This document shows, one piece after another, positions 19,005-29,226 of a stretch of 64,000 bases of DNA. A program made the position numbers and the translations under genes. The notes under the pieces were generated by a model. The model searched no databases and was not told where the DNA came from. It worked only from the letters and a program-made list of their open reading frames with translations. Numbering within the stretch: the first letter of the stretch is position 1; each line of letters opens with the position of its first letter. Source of the DNA: an uncultured delta proteobacterium (lineage in GTDB: Bacteria > Myxococcota_A > Polyangia > Polyangiales > JAFGIB01); NCBI GenBank assembly GCA_963778655.1, contig CAVZVA010000005.1:480001-544000 (forward strand), read 5' to 3'.

Positions 19005-21482
19005 ATGTCACGCCGTTTGTCGATTGGACTGGTTCTGGTCGTCGTCGTCGTGGTGAGCATGGAGCTCGGGGGATGTTCGGGCGGGACGCAGGGCCGTGGG
19101 AAGTCCTCGGTGGGGGCTCCGTCCCGGGACGGGGGGGCAGCCGATGACGAAGACGGCGGCGGTGCCGGCAACGGCACCGGCACGGGGCAAGACCTGCCTC
19201 CTTACAAGGGCCGCATCGTGGTGACCCCAGCCGCGCTGCTGTTCACCAAAGCGGGCCAGAGCGCGTCGCTTCACGCGGAGGCCTTCGACGCCGATGGCAA
19301 CCCCATGAGCAACGCCAGCTTCACCTTCAGCTCTTCGCACCCCGACGAGGTCTCGGTCGACGCGTCCGGCAGGGTCAAGGCCATCACTTCCGTGGGCTCG
19401 ACCCAGATCACGGTCAGCTCCGGCGATTCGAGCTCGCCGCCGTTGCTGGTGCTGGTGGCGCAACCGTCTGACGGGACGCTGCTGGTCTCCGACGCACAAA
19501 TCGTCTCGGAGCCAACCCCAGTGGACCCGAGCGCTGCCCCCGAGCCGGGCATGCAAGTCATGGCGACGCTCGATGGCGTGCCCGACCTCGCGCCGGGCAC
19601 GCTGGTGCTGGCGCGCGAAGGCAAGGCCTTGGCTGGGCGGGTGGTATCGACGCAGCCCAACGGCAAGCACACCGACGTGGTGCTCGAGCTGGTGCCGCTG
19701 GTCGACATGTTCAGCCAGCTCAAGCTCGACGCCGGCTGGGACCTGGACCTGCAGACCCTGGCGGACCAGCTCGCGATTGCCCAAATGGCGACAGCCCCGC
19801 CGCCCGGCGTCGGCGTCTCGAAGAATCCGCTCGACTTCGACCTCGGGCCGCTCAAGTGCACGGCCGCCATCGGTGTGACCGGCGTCACCATCCAAACCAC
19901 TTTCCGGGTAACGCCTCAGCTGCACTTTCACGCCGCGTTCGAGAAGGACGAGAACGGCGACTGGACCACGGCGGTGCTGGAATTGACCGGCAGCATCAAG
20001 ACTACGGGCACGGCCAGTGTGAAGGTGGCCCCGGGCGTGACCGCATCACTGAGCTGTAAGTTGAAGCTCGGCGAATTCATCATCCCGATCGGAGGCCCGC
20101 TGGCGGTGGTCATCGGGCCGAGAATTCCCGTCGGTGTCAAGCTCGGCGTCAAGGCGGCGGCAATGATCGCGCAGGTCGAATTCGGCGGTAAGGCCGAGGA
20201 GTCCGCGGACTTCGACCTCGGCATCAGCGGCGGCACGAACGGTACGGGCGACATCGCCTCGGTGAGCCTCGGCGATCCCCACTTCGAGCCCATTGCACCG
20301 CCCAACAACGACTCGCTGCTGGGCGCCGAGCTCACCTTGGACGTCGGCGCCTACGCCGGGCTTAGCGTGACGTTTCTCAAGCTCTCGCTCGCCGAGGCGT
20401 TCGGCGGCGCGCGCGCCAAGTACCAGCTCAAGCCGCTGGCGATCCAGCTCGGCGACTCGTCGTTTGCGAACAAGTACGAGGTCAACGCGCCGGTGATCAC
20501 AATCGGGCCCGGCAAGGATCTGCGCAGAGCGCTGAGCTGGGTCGGCGGGGCGGTCAATTTCAACGTGATGTACAGCAACGACGGCCTGCCCATCGGGCGC
20601 TCTCCCTTCGGCAAGTTCACGGCCGACAAGATGGAGATGGCGGTCGGCGACACGCTTCACACCAACATCACCCTCGACCCGTCCGCGACCAAGTTCCTCG
20701 GCATCTCGAACGTGTCGGGCATCCACATCTACCGCATCGATGCCGGCAGCAGCAATCCCAACGAGGTCAGCTACATGGCTGGCCCCGGTCCCAGCTACGA
20801 CTGGAGCTGGACGCCGGGCCCGCTGGACGTCGGCCAGTACATCTTCGCCGCTGCGGTCGACGATCGACTCGACCTGATTCCTTTCGAGGTCAGTGAAAAC
20901 GCGACCGCCCCGGTCCACGTCCGCCCCAAGCAGACCGGTTGGAGTGGCACCGTCAACTTGAAGTGGTCTGGCAGCGGCCCGACCAGCAGCGGCGGCAACT
21001 TCACCGAGAGCGGCACCGAGACGATCACCTACGAGCCGGACACGTCGCAGCCTGCTGACGGCATGAACTTCGGCCTCAAGGCCACCTCGGTCAAGCTGAG
21101 CCTGACCTACGACGATACCGATCCTGTGACGACGACGCCCACGGGCTGCTCGCGGCAGATCACCTACCACGCGATTGGCACCATCGACCGCGCGGGCACG
21201 GTGCAGGACACGACCCTGCTGCAGATCGCGCCGAACGGCGACTACGCCTTTCCGATCCAGGGCTTGGCCGTGGATGCCGACTTCATGCAGACCGTGACCG
21301 ACTCGGGCTGCACCGATGCGACCAGCATGACCACGACCGGCACCGCTCCCTACGGCTCGGACGGAAACCTCGCCAGCGGTAACGTGCCGCCGGCCGCGAC
21401 CAGCTTCGCGGACAGCCTCAGCTACAGCTCGCCGGACGGGACGCTCAACTACATCGCGGACTGGACATTCATGCGTAACTGA
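19005..21482 (+). CDS. Large lipoprotein with N-terminal Ig-like (Big_2-type) domain and beta-rich body
   Basis: GAGGAG SD, lipobox LGGC, FTFSSSHPDEVSVDASGRVKA Ig-like signature; Thr/Gly/Ser-rich. Confidence 0.7.
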   Translation: MSRRLSIGLVLVVVVVVSMELGGCSGGTQGRGKSSVGAPSRDGGAADDEDGGGAGNGTGTGQDLPPYKGRIVVTPAALLFTKAGQSASLHAEAFDADGNPMSNASFTFSSSHPDEVSVDASGRVKAITSVGSTQITVSSGDSSSPPLLVLVAQPSDGTLLVSDAQIVSEPTPVDPSAAPEPGMQVMATLDGVPDLAPGTLVLAREGKALAGRVVSTQPNGKHTDVVLELVPLVDMFSQLKLDAGWDLDLQTLADQLAIAQMATAPPPGVGVSKNPLDFDLGPLKCTAAIGVTGVTIQTTFRVTPQLHFHAAFEKDENGDWTTAVLELTGSIKTTGTASVKVAPGVTASLSCKLKLGEFIIPIGGPLAVVIGPRIPVGVKLGVKAAAMIAQVEFGGKAEESADFDLGISGGTNGTGDIASVSLGDPHFEPIAPPNNDSLLGAELTLDVGAYAGLSVTFLKLSLAEAFGGARAKYQLKPLAIQLGDSSFANKYEVNAPVITIGPGKDLRRALSWVGGAVNFNVMYSNDGLPIGRSPFGKFTADKMEMAVGDTLHTNITLDPSATKFLGISNVSGIHIYRIDAGSSNPNEVSYMAGPGPSYDWSWTPGPLDVGQYIFAAAVDDRLDLIPFEVSENATAPVHVRPKQTGWSGTVNLKWSGSGPTSSGGNFTESGTETITYEPDTSQPADGMNFGLKATSVKLSLTYDDTDPVTTTPTGCSRQITYHAIGTIDRAGTVQDTTLLQIAPNGDYAFPIQGLAVDADFMQTVTDSGCTDATSMTTTGTAPYGSDGNLASGNVPPAATSFADSLSYSSPDGTLNYIADWTFMRN

Positions 21483-21719
21483 AGTCGCCGGGCGCGCGGG
21501 GCCTGCGAGTCCCAGCGCGGCGGCGCGCCCGGGGCCGCTTGAGCTGTGCCTGCCGGTGGGGCGATGCTGCCGTCGTGGCCGCCCGCAAAAGGCGGATCCG
21601 GCCGCCGCCCGCGCTCGCCGGCCCCGGCCTTCGCGCATCCCTTAGCTTCGCGGGGATCCCGGCCACGGGACCTGGCTCGGGCCATATGGTAGGCTGCGCT
21701 CCGCAAACCGGAGCATGGC

Positions 21720-23357
21720 GTGCGGCTCTTGCGCCCCAGTATAGCGGTGTTCTGCCTCGCCCTGCTGGCGTCGCTGTGCATCCACCTGCCGGTCTACGAA
21801 GCGCTCGGCGCGCTCGCGGGCGCGCTGCTGCGTTCCGAGCCCAGAAACAAGCCGGGTATCGTCGAGCTCGAGCTGGCGCCGCTCTCGCCCGAGCAGGCGC
21901 CGCAGCCGCCGGCCAAGCCCAAGCCGCCGGAGGCGCAGGCCAAGGCGGACAAGGCCAAGGAGCCGGAGCCGCGCCCGCTGCCGCACCGGCAGCAAGCCAA
22001 GCCCGAGCCCACGGCCAAGCCGCAGCCCAAGCTGGCGGAAGCGGTGCCCGTGGTGCAACCGACGCCGTTGCCCACGCCCACCGATCGCCCGCTGGCGGTC
22101 ACCCAGAAGAGCGACAACCCGGACGTGCCCAAGCCCGAGGACGCGCGCTTCATCGCGGAGGAGAACCGCCGCGTCGAGCAAGAGAGCGTGGCCCGCATCC
22201 GCAACATGCAGCGCGACGACCAGAACCCGAGCGCGACGGCGGCGCCGACCAAGACCGACCCGGACGAGGGCAACGCGGACAAGACCGATGTCGCCGACCT
22301 GCACAACGTCAAGGGTAGCGACGCGCGCCCGCCCACGCCGCGCGAGGCCGCGCGCAAGCCGCCCGAGCAGCCGTCGGAAGCGTCGGCGGGCCGGCCCAAC
22401 GTCGAGTCTGCGCCACGCCCCTCGGGCGAGGCCACGGCGGCCGCCTCGCGCGAGGTGGCGCCCTCGCGCGCCTCCGGCGCGCCCCTGACCGGCGGCGAGC
22501 CCGAGACGCTGGTCATCAACGACGGCGCCGGCAGCTTCCGCATCCGCAAGACCGCACCCGGTCAGGGACCGGGCGAGGCGGGCGGCGCGCAGCAACCCGG
22601 CAGGCCTTCGGCCTCGCGGCTCAACCGCGCGGGCCAGCGCGCCCAGGCCGGGCCGAATCTGCGCATCTCGTGGTCGCAATTCGAAGACACCTTCGGCGCC
22701 GACGAGCTGCGCCAGGAGCGTGAGGCCTATCTGGCGCAGCGGCGCTCGACCACGGCCGGTCACGATCGGCAGAAGTCCTGGCGCGAGTTCCGCGCCGCGA
22801 TCGAGAACTTCGTACCCAACGTGCGCCCCGGCGATCAGACCGCGCTCAATGCAGCGGCCGATCCGTTCGCGAACTACCTGGCGCTGGTGCACCGGCGCAT
22901 CCATCGCGAGTTCGCCTATGGCTTCCTGGAGAGCTTGCCGATCGCCGGCGGCCCGTTCGGCGACTACTCGCTGCACACCGAGCTCGAGATCGTCATCAAC
23001 GGAGACGGCTCGGTGCACCAGATCGGGATCGCGGAGACCAGCGGCTTTCTACCCTTCGACTACGGCGCCTACGACTCGGTCAAGCGCGCCGCGCCGTACC
23101 CGCCGCCGCCGCGCAGCATCCTCTCGGGCGACGGGCGCGTCTACGTGCGCTGGGGCTTCTACCGCAACGAGCGCCAGTGCGGCACGTTCAACGCGCGGCC
23201 GTACATCCTGCCGCACCCGCCCGGCACGCCCAAGCCGGGCAAGGGCCCGCTGCACGATCCCGGCGAGCGCCACGGCGCACCTGCGATTCCACCGGCTGGT
23301 GAAGGCGAGCTCGGTATGCTGCTGCCCCGGCGCCCGCTGCGCGATGCCTTCATCTGA
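21720..23357 (+). CDS. TonB C-terminal domain protein (TM anchor + Pro-rich linker)
   Basis: N-terminal TM with SLCIH (SxxxH), long P/K/E-rich linker, C-terminal EIVINGDG..TSG..FDYGA..AAPYPPPP. Confidence 0.8.
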   Translation: MRLLRPSIAVFCLALLASLCIHLPVYEALGALAGALLRSEPRNKPGIVELELAPLSPEQAPQPPAKPKPPEAQAKADKAKEPEPRPLPHRQQAKPEPTAKPQPKLAEAVPVVQPTPLPTPTDRPLAVTQKSDNPDVPKPEDARFIAEENRRVEQESVARIRNMQRDDQNPSATAAPTKTDPDEGNADKTDVADLHNVKGSDARPPTPREAARKPPEQPSEASAGRPNVESAPRPSGEATAAASREVAPSRASGAPLTGGEPETLVINDGAGSFRIRKTAPGQGPGEAGGAQQPGRPSASRLNRAGQRAQAGPNLRISWSQFEDTFGADELRQEREAYLAQRRSTTAGHDRQKSWREFRAAIENFVPNVRPGDQTALNAAADPFANYLALVHRRIHREFAYGFLESLPIAGGPFGDYSLHTELEIVINGDGSVHQIGIAETSGFLPFDYGAYDSVKRAAPYPPPPRSILSGDGRVYVRWGFYRNERQCGTFNARPYILPHPPGTPKPGKGPLHDPGERHGAPAIPPAGEGELGMLLPRRPLRDAFI

Positions 23358-24393
23358 GGCGCTTACCGCGCGCCTGAAGGCGCTCGGCGGTGAGCTCGGC
23401 TTCGTCCGGGTCGGCGTGGCGCGTGCCGAGCGGCTGGCGCAGGACGCGGCGCGGCTGCAGGCCTGGCTGCAGGCGGGCCATCACGGCGGGATGGAGTACC
23501 TGCAGCGCAGCGCGGACGTGCGGGTCGATCCCCGACACCCCGGCATGCTGCCGAGCGCGCGCAGCGTGATCGTGCTGGCCGCGGCCTACGCCGGCCCGCC
23601 CGCGCCGGGCACCGAGCCTCTGCCGGGCGCGATCGCGCGCTACGCGCAGGGCCGCGACTATCACAACGTGCTGCGCCGGCGGCTGCGCCCGCTCGTTCGG
23701 CTGCTGCGCGAGGCCGGCCACGCGACGCGGCTCACGGTCGACAGCATGCCGGTGCTCGAGCGCGCCTGGGCCCAGCGCGCCGGCGTGGGCTTCATCGGCA
23801 AGAACTGCTGCCTGATCGTGCCCGGGATCGGCTCGCACGTGCTGCTCGCCAGCGTGATCACCGCCGCCGAGCTGGACCCGGACGAGCCCATGGCCGAGCG
23901 CTGCGGGCAGTGTCGGGCGTGTCTGGACGCGTGTCCCACGCGCGCCTTTGTCGCCCCGCGCGTAATGGACGCGCGGCGCTGCATCTCGTATCTCACCATC
24001 GAGCACCGCGGCGCGATCGACGCAGCGCTGCGCGCGCCGCTCGGCGACTGGCTGTTCGGCTGCGACGTCTGCCAGGACGTATGCCCCTTCAACCGGGGCA
24101 AGGCCGCGGCGGCGCGCGCACTGCCGGCGCTGGCCCCGCGCGCGCAGTTGCGTGGCGTGCAGGCCGAAGCGCTGCTACGGCTCGATGAGGCGGCCTTCGC
24201 GGCGCTGCTCGCAGGCTCGCCGCTGCGCCGCCCCAAGCGCGAGGGCCTGGCGCGCAACGCCGCGATTGTGCTCGGCAACCGCAAGGCGCGCCGCGCGCTG
24301 CCGGTGTTGCAGCAGGCGGCGCAGCAGGATCCCTCGGAAGTGGTGCGCGAGGCCGCGGCCTGGGCGCTACAACGCATCGCCGCCGGCGACTGA
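23344..24393 (+). CDS. queG: tRNA epoxyqueuosine(34) reductase QueG
   Basis: ARYAQGRDYH, VDSMPVLER, GFIGKN, CGQCRACLDACPT, CISYLTIE, FGCDVCQDVCPFN. Confidence 0.95.
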   Translation: MPSSEALTARLKALGGELGFVRVGVARAERLAQDAARLQAWLQAGHHGGMEYLQRSADVRVDPRHPGMLPSARSVIVLAAAYAGPPAPGTEPLPGAIARYAQGRDYHNVLRRRLRPLVRLLREAGHATRLTVDSMPVLERAWAQRAGVGFIGKNCCLIVPGIGSHVLLASVITAAELDPDEPMAERCGQCRACLDACPTRAFVAPRVMDARRCISYLTIEHRGAIDAALRAPLGDWLFGCDVCQDVCPFNRGKAAAARALPALAPRAQLRGVQAEALLRLDEAAFAALLAGSPLRRPKREGLARNAAIVLGNRKARRALPVLQQAAQQDPSEVVREAAAWALQRIAAGD

Positions 24394-24403
24394 GGTCCTG
24401 CGG

Positions 24404-25468
24404 CTACGCCGGCCGCTGCACTGGCTCGAGCGGCCAGTAGGGCGCGATCGCGTGACGCGTGTGATCGACCGCGTCGCGGCCTGCGGCTGAAGGCGCGTCC
24501 TGCGGCAGCTCGAGCGCCTGGCCGAGCAGGGCGCGCGCCACACCGCCGAGGCTCTGCTCGAGCGCCTGCAGGTCGTAGCCGCCCTCGAGCAGAAACCCGA
24601 TGCGGCCGTGTCCAGCCTGGTCCACGTGCGCGATCAGCGCGCTTGCCATCGCCTGATAGCTCGCCGCATCGAGCTCCATTTGCGCGAGCGGGTCGCGGCG
24701 GTGCGCGTCGAAGCCGGCCGAGACCAGTATCAGGTCGGGCGCGAAGCGCTCGAGCAGCGGCAGCACCACGCGCCGGAACGCGTAGCCATAGGTCTCCGGC
24801 CCTTGCCCGGCGGGCAGGGCCACGTTCGCACAGTGGCCGCGGCCCGCGCCCCTGCCCACCTCGTCCGCGCGTCCGGTGCCTGGATAGAACGGATACTGGT
24901 GCATGGAGACGAACAGCAGGCGCGGGTCCTGCTCGAAGGCGTCCTGGGTGCCATTGCCGTGGTGCACGTCCCAGTCGACGATCGCCACCCGCTGCGCGCC
25001 GGCCGCGAGCGCCGCGCCGGCCGCGACCGCGATGTTGTTGAGCAGGCAGAAGCCCATCGAGCCGCCCGGCTCCGCGTGGTGCCCGGGCGGCCGCAGCAGC
25101 GCCACGCCGCGGCGCGCATCGCCGCGCATCAGCGCCTGCGACAGCTCGGCCGCGGCGCCGGCCGCGAGCCAGGCGGCCTGCTGGCTGCCCGGCGAGAAAT
25201 AGGTATCCGGATCGAGCTGCCCAAAGCCGTCGCGCAGGCGCAGTCGCAGCGCGTCGAGGTAAGCCGCGCGGTGCACGCGCACCAGCTCCTCGTCGCTCGC
25301 CGGCCGCGCCTGCAGCCGCAGCCGCGCCGCCTCGGGCAGCACGCCGTACAACCCGCTGCGCGCCGCGATCAACCGCTCCGGACACTCGGGATGATGCCCG
25401 GAACGCTCCCGGTGCTGCTCGAACCGCTCGTCGTCGACGATGGCGATCCGCTGCGTGTGCTCCATCAC
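24404..25468 (-). CDS. Histone deacetylase family (AcuC/HdaH-like) amidohydrolase
   Basis: HPECPER, RPPGHHA, GFCLLNN, DWDVHHGNGTQ, SAGFDAH, LEGGY; start GTG 25468 or ATG 25465. Confidence 0.95.
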   Translation of the reverse strand: MMEHTQRIAIVDDERFEQHRERSGHHPECPERLIAARSGLYGVLPEAARLRLQARPASDEELVRVHRAAYLDALRLRLRDGFGQLDPDTYFSPGSQQAAWLAAGAAAELSQALMRGDARRGVALLRPPGHHAEPGGSMGFCLLNNIAVAAGAALAAGAQRVAIVDWDVHHGNGTQDAFEQDPRLLFVSMHQYPFYPGTGRADEVGRGAGRGHCANVALPAGQGPETYGYAFRRVVLPLLERFAPDLILVSAGFDAHRRDPLAQMELDAASYQAMASALIAHVDQAGHGRIGFLLEGGYDLQALEQSLGGVARALLGQALELPQDAPSAAGRDAVDHTRHAIAPYWPLEPVQRPA

Positions 25469-25538
25469 GCCCCCAACCATAGCAGATCGAGCCCGCCCCG
25501 CCCCGTCACCCGCCCCGGCCACCCGTGCCCGCGACAGC

Positions 25539-27713
25539 TCACGGGCACTTCTGGATCGACTCGATCCACTCGCCGATCAGCTCGAGGCCTTCTTCGTCGA
25601 CTCGCTCGCTCGCGAGCGGCGGCATGCGGAAGCGATCGGTGGCCTGCATGCGGCGCCAAAGCAGCGAGCTCTCGGGGCTGCCCGGTTTGAGCAGGCGTTG
25701 CGCACCGAGGTTGCCGAACTGGCCAATGCGCCGCTCCGGCACCTGGTCGCACAGCTTGGTGTCCTTGAACGAGCGCGAGAAGCGCAGGTCGAGCGCGCCC
25801 CGGCCGTTGCCGCCCGGCCGGTGGCAGATCGCGCAGTTCACGTGCAGGTAAGCGCGCGCCCGCGTTTCGAGCGGTGCGTCGCCGAACGGATCGGGCAAGG
25901 GCGGCGCGCCTTCCCGCAGCGTCTTGATCCGGTCGATCTCGGGACGAAAGTAGTCGTGATCGAACAACCACTGCAGCTGCCCACTGGGCTCACCGTGCAG
26001 CTCCGTCACGTGGTCGAGCTGGCCGACCTCGGGACCCAGGGTGACGTCGGCCGCATCGGTGTGGCAGCGGAAGCACTGCGAACGGCTCGGGTACATCCAG
26101 CGCACGCCGTTGTCCAGCGTCACGGTCTGCCCGCTGTTCAGCAGCACGGCGTCGCTCTGGTCGTCCTTCCACGCGTACGAGTAGCCGCCCCAGCCGTCGT
26201 CGTGATGGATCAGCAGGCGCGTCTCGTGATAGCGACCGGCGTACACGAAGTTCTTCAGCAGCACGCTGCCCACCGGGAAGTCGAGGTCTCCTTCGGCGAT
26301 GCGTCCGATGCGCCCCGTGTCGGGAATGGCGAAGAAGCGCGTCTTCTTGGCGCCATCCGACCACAGCCGCGCGCTCGGATCGTAGGCGACCACGCCGGGC
26401 GCGGGCTCGCGCGGATCGTCGGGGTCCACGCACCCGGTCTGAGACAGCAGCTTCGGAAAGGCGGCGCCCGCTCCGTCATCCTCGTCCGGCGGCACCAGCG
26501 CATAGACACCGCCTTCGGCCCCGTCGAAATCGTAGCGCACCACGTAGAGCTCGCCGTCGGGGCGCTGCGCGAACGAGACGATGTGAAAGCGGCCGTCGAG
26601 CTCGAGCCGCGCCGTCGGGTCGGACTGGTCCAGCGGAATGCTCCAGATGTTGCCCACGCCGACGTCCGCGTACAGCAGTCGGTCGCGCAACAAGGGCAGG
26701 CGCGTACCGCGGTAGCGATAGCCGACCACGACCGCGGTGCCCTCGCTGTGCGTGTAGTCGGTCAGCGGCTCGACGAAATCCTGCTCGCAGCTGTCGGCGT
26801 CGAAGCACGACTTGCCCTCGCGGATCGGCCAGCCGTAGTTGCCGCCCTTGCGCAGCAGATCGACCTCCTCACGCGAATCCTCGCCCACGTCGCCCACGAA
26901 GATGCGCCCGTCGTCGGGATCGACGGTGAAGCGCCAGGGATTGCGAAAGCCGTACGCGAACACCTCCGGAGCGCCGCCGCCCTGCGCGAACGGGTTGTCC
27001 CGTGGAATCGAATAGGGCAGGCCGCGCTGCGGATCGTCGTGATCCACGTCGATGCGCAGGATCGCTCCGTATTCCGTGTAGGGGTCCTGGGCATCTTGCA
27101 CGCCCTGGTCGTCGCCGTGGCTGTGATACAGGTAGCCATCGGGTCCGAAGGCCACGTGGTCGCCGCTGTGGCTCGAGCTGCGTTGCTCGAGCTCGATCAA
27201 CGCCAGCTCGCTGTCGCGATCGAACGTGCCGTCCTTGCGCACGCTGAAGCGCGCCAACCGCGAGATGTAGCGACCCTTCACGCTGCTCGGAGCCGAGCGC
27301 ACCACGTAGGCAAAGCGGTGCTGCGCGAAACGCGGATGAAAGGCCAGGCTGACCAGCCCATTCTCGCTGCGGCTGAAGTCGAGTCGGTCGTGGATGTCGA
27401 GCACGGTCCGCGCCGGAGGCGCATCCGGAGCGTCCGACAGCTCCAGGATCTGCCCGGTCTGCTGCACCAGGTAGTAGTGGTCAGGGTCGGTGGGAGAGGG
27501 CACGAGCTGAATCGGCTTGCGCGCGCGGCCGCCGTCGGGCAGCGCGCTGGTGAAGGCGCGTTCCAGCGCCAGCTGGCCCGAGGGCGGCGGCCGCGCGGGC
27601 GCGAGGCAGAGCGCATTGCTGGCCCGCTTCGGCGAAGGCGGGAAGCGTTCGACCCGCGGCTCACCGCCGCAGCCGAGCGCGGACAACGCCAGCGCCGCAA
27701 GCCAGGCACGCAT
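25539..27713 (-). CDS. PQQ-dependent sugar dehydrogenase (GSDH) fused to a two-CxxCH cytochrome c domain; lipoprotein
   Basis: Lipobox ALGC; GLVSLAFHP, FGPDGYLY, AYGFRNPWR, GGNYGWP; LWSDGAKK; CFRCH and CAICH. Confidence 0.88.
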   Translation of the reverse strand: MRAWLAALALSALGCGGEPRVERFPPSPKRASNALCLAPARPPPSGQLALERAFTSALPDGGRARKPIQLVPSPTDPDHYYLVQQTGQILELSDAPDAPPARTVLDIHDRLDFSRSENGLVSLAFHPRFAQHRFAYVVRSAPSSVKGRYISRLARFSVRKDGTFDRDSELALIELEQRSSSHSGDHVAFGPDGYLYHSHGDDQGVQDAQDPYTEYGAILRIDVDHDDPQRGLPYSIPRDNPFAQGGGAPEVFAYGFRNPWRFTVDPDDGRIFVGDVGEDSREEVDLLRKGGNYGWPIREGKSCFDADSCEQDFVEPLTDYTHSEGTAVVVGYRYRGTRLPLLRDRLLYADVGVGNIWSIPLDQSDPTARLELDGRFHIVSFAQRPDGELYVVRYDFDGAEGGVYALVPPDEDDGAGAAFPKLLSQTGCVDPDDPREPAPGVVAYDPSARLWSDGAKKTRFFAIPDTGRIGRIAEGDLDFPVGSVLLKNFVYAGRYHETRLLIHHDDGWGGYSYAWKDDQSDAVLLNSGQTVTLDNGVRWMYPSRSQCFRCHTDAADVTLGPEVGQLDHVTELHGEPSGQLQWLFDHDYFRPEIDRIKTLREGAPPLPDPFGDAPLETRARAYLHVNCAICHRPGGNGRGALDLRFSRSFKDTKLCDQVPERRIGQFGNLGAQRLLKPGSPESSLLWRRMQATDRFRMPPLASERVDEEGLELIGEWIESIQKCP

Positions 27714-27763
27714 CGGAAGCGGCCGACGGATATCACGTCGCACCCCCGGCCCCAAGCCCACAG

Positions 27764-28840
27764 CTACCCGTCCCCATCCCCCCCGCAGTCATGGTCGTCC
27801 TCGTCTGCGCGCGGGCGCGCTCCGGGATCCGACACCGACGGATGCCGCGCAAGCAGCGCCTCGAGCGCGTCGAGCAGCTCGGGCACGCCCTCCGAGGTCG
27901 CCGCCGAGAACGCCAGCAACGGCACGCCGCGCGCGCTCAGAGCGGCGCGCAGCTCGGGCAGCGCGGCGCGCACTTCGGGCAGGTCGAGCTTGGATAGTGC
28001 CACCAGGGCCGGCCGCCGCGCCAGCGCCGGATCGAAGCGCTCGAGCTCGCGCAGCAGCAGCTCGTAGTCGCGCAGCGGCGCGCGCGCCGGATCGGGATCG
28101 AGGCACAGCAGGTGCAGCAGCACGCGCGTGCGCTCGACGTGCTTGAGAAAACGATGCCCCAGCCCCGCGCCATCGGCCGCGCCCTCGATCAGGCCCGGGA
28201 TGTCGGCGAGCACGAAACCGCGTTCGTCGCCGCGCCAAACCACGCCCAGGTTCGGCACCAGGGTGGTGAAGGGGTAGTCGGCGATCTTGGGCCTGGCCTT
28301 GGACACGCGCGCGATCAACGTGCTCTTGCCCACGTTGGGAAAGCCCACGATGCCCACGTCGGCCAGCAGCTTGAGCTCGAGCCTCAGCCGGCGCCGTTCT
28401 CCGGGCTTGCCCGGCTCGGCGCGCGTGGGCGCGCGCTCGGTGGGCGTGACGAAGTGGAGGTTGCCGCGGCCGCCGCGTCCTCCGCGCGCGGCCAGCTGGC
28501 GTTGGCCCGGCGCGGTCAGATCGCACAGCAGCTCGCCGCTGTCGGCGTCGAGCACCTGCGTGCCGACCGGCACGCGCACAGTCAGGCTCCGCCCGCGGTG
28601 GCCGTGTTGATCCTTGCCGCGACCGTGCTCGCCGCGTCCGGCTGCGAGCACGCGCCGGTACTTGAGATCGAGCAAAGTCGACAGGCGCGCATCGGCTTCG
28701 AGCACCACGTCGCCGCCGTTGCCGCCGTCGCCGCCGGCCGGGCCACCAAGCGGCCGGTACTTCTCGCGCCGCATCGCCGAAGATCCGTCCCCGCCGTCTC
28801 CGGCGCACACCTCGACGCTGATCTCGTCGACGAAGTCCAC
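27764..28840 (-). CDS. obgE: GTPase ObgE/CgtA
   Basis: FVDE, GGPAGGDGGNGG, ADVGIVGFPNVGKST, PKIADYPFTTLVPNLG, DIPGLIEGA, GLGHRFLKHVER. Confidence 0.97.
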   Translation of the reverse strand: MDFVDEISVEVCAGDGGDGSSAMRREKYRPLGGPAGGDGGNGGDVVLEADARLSTLLDLKYRRVLAAGRGEHGRGKDQHGHRGRSLTVRVPVGTQVLDADSGELLCDLTAPGQRQLAARGGRGGRGNLHFVTPTERAPTRAEPGKPGERRRLRLELKLLADVGIVGFPNVGKSTLIARVSKARPKIADYPFTTLVPNLGVVWRGDERGFVLADIPGLIEGAADGAGLGHRFLKHVERTRVLLHLLCLDPDPARAPLRDYELLLRELERFDPALARRPALVALSKLDLPEVRAALPELRAALSARGVPLLAFSAATSEGVPELLDALEALLARHPSVSDPGARPRADEDDHDCGGDGDG

Positions 28841-29052
28841 GCGCGTGTTCTATCACTGGAACCGCCGCCCGCCCGCTCTCCGGCATGGCGGTGGCGCGCT
28901 CGACCGCGCCCGCGCCCACGTCCGGCCGGTGGGCGGGGCTTGCAGCGAGACCGGTGGGCCGGGCTGCCTTGGGTCGGGGTGTGTGCTGAATCGTGGCACC
29001 GAGGCGGGGCGCGCTCGATACCGTTCACCCGTGTCGCGGTGTAGCGTACAGT

Positions 29053-29226
29053 CTGGTGCACCGCCGTCGAGATGCGATCGATCCTCGCAAGCGATGCGGG
29101 CTCGCCCGCTGCGTTGCCACTCCTTGAAATACGAGTTGAAATACGAGGTGTATTCCTGCGTCGTGGCGCCTTGCGCTCAAGCCCACCTCGCCCGCGATCC
29201 CTTGATCTCATCTCGACGGCGGTTGC
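29053..29226. mobile_element. MITE-like palindromic element, family A, copy 1
   Basis: Perfect 14-bp inverted repeat CCGCCGTCGAGATG (29061-29074) / CATCTCGACGGCGG (29209-29222); close homologue at 41053-41218. Confidence 0.75.

Noticed and set aside
28841..29052. Expected rplU-rpmA or an ncRNA upstream of obgE
   Set aside because: No matching ORF; only generic GC-rich pairing.
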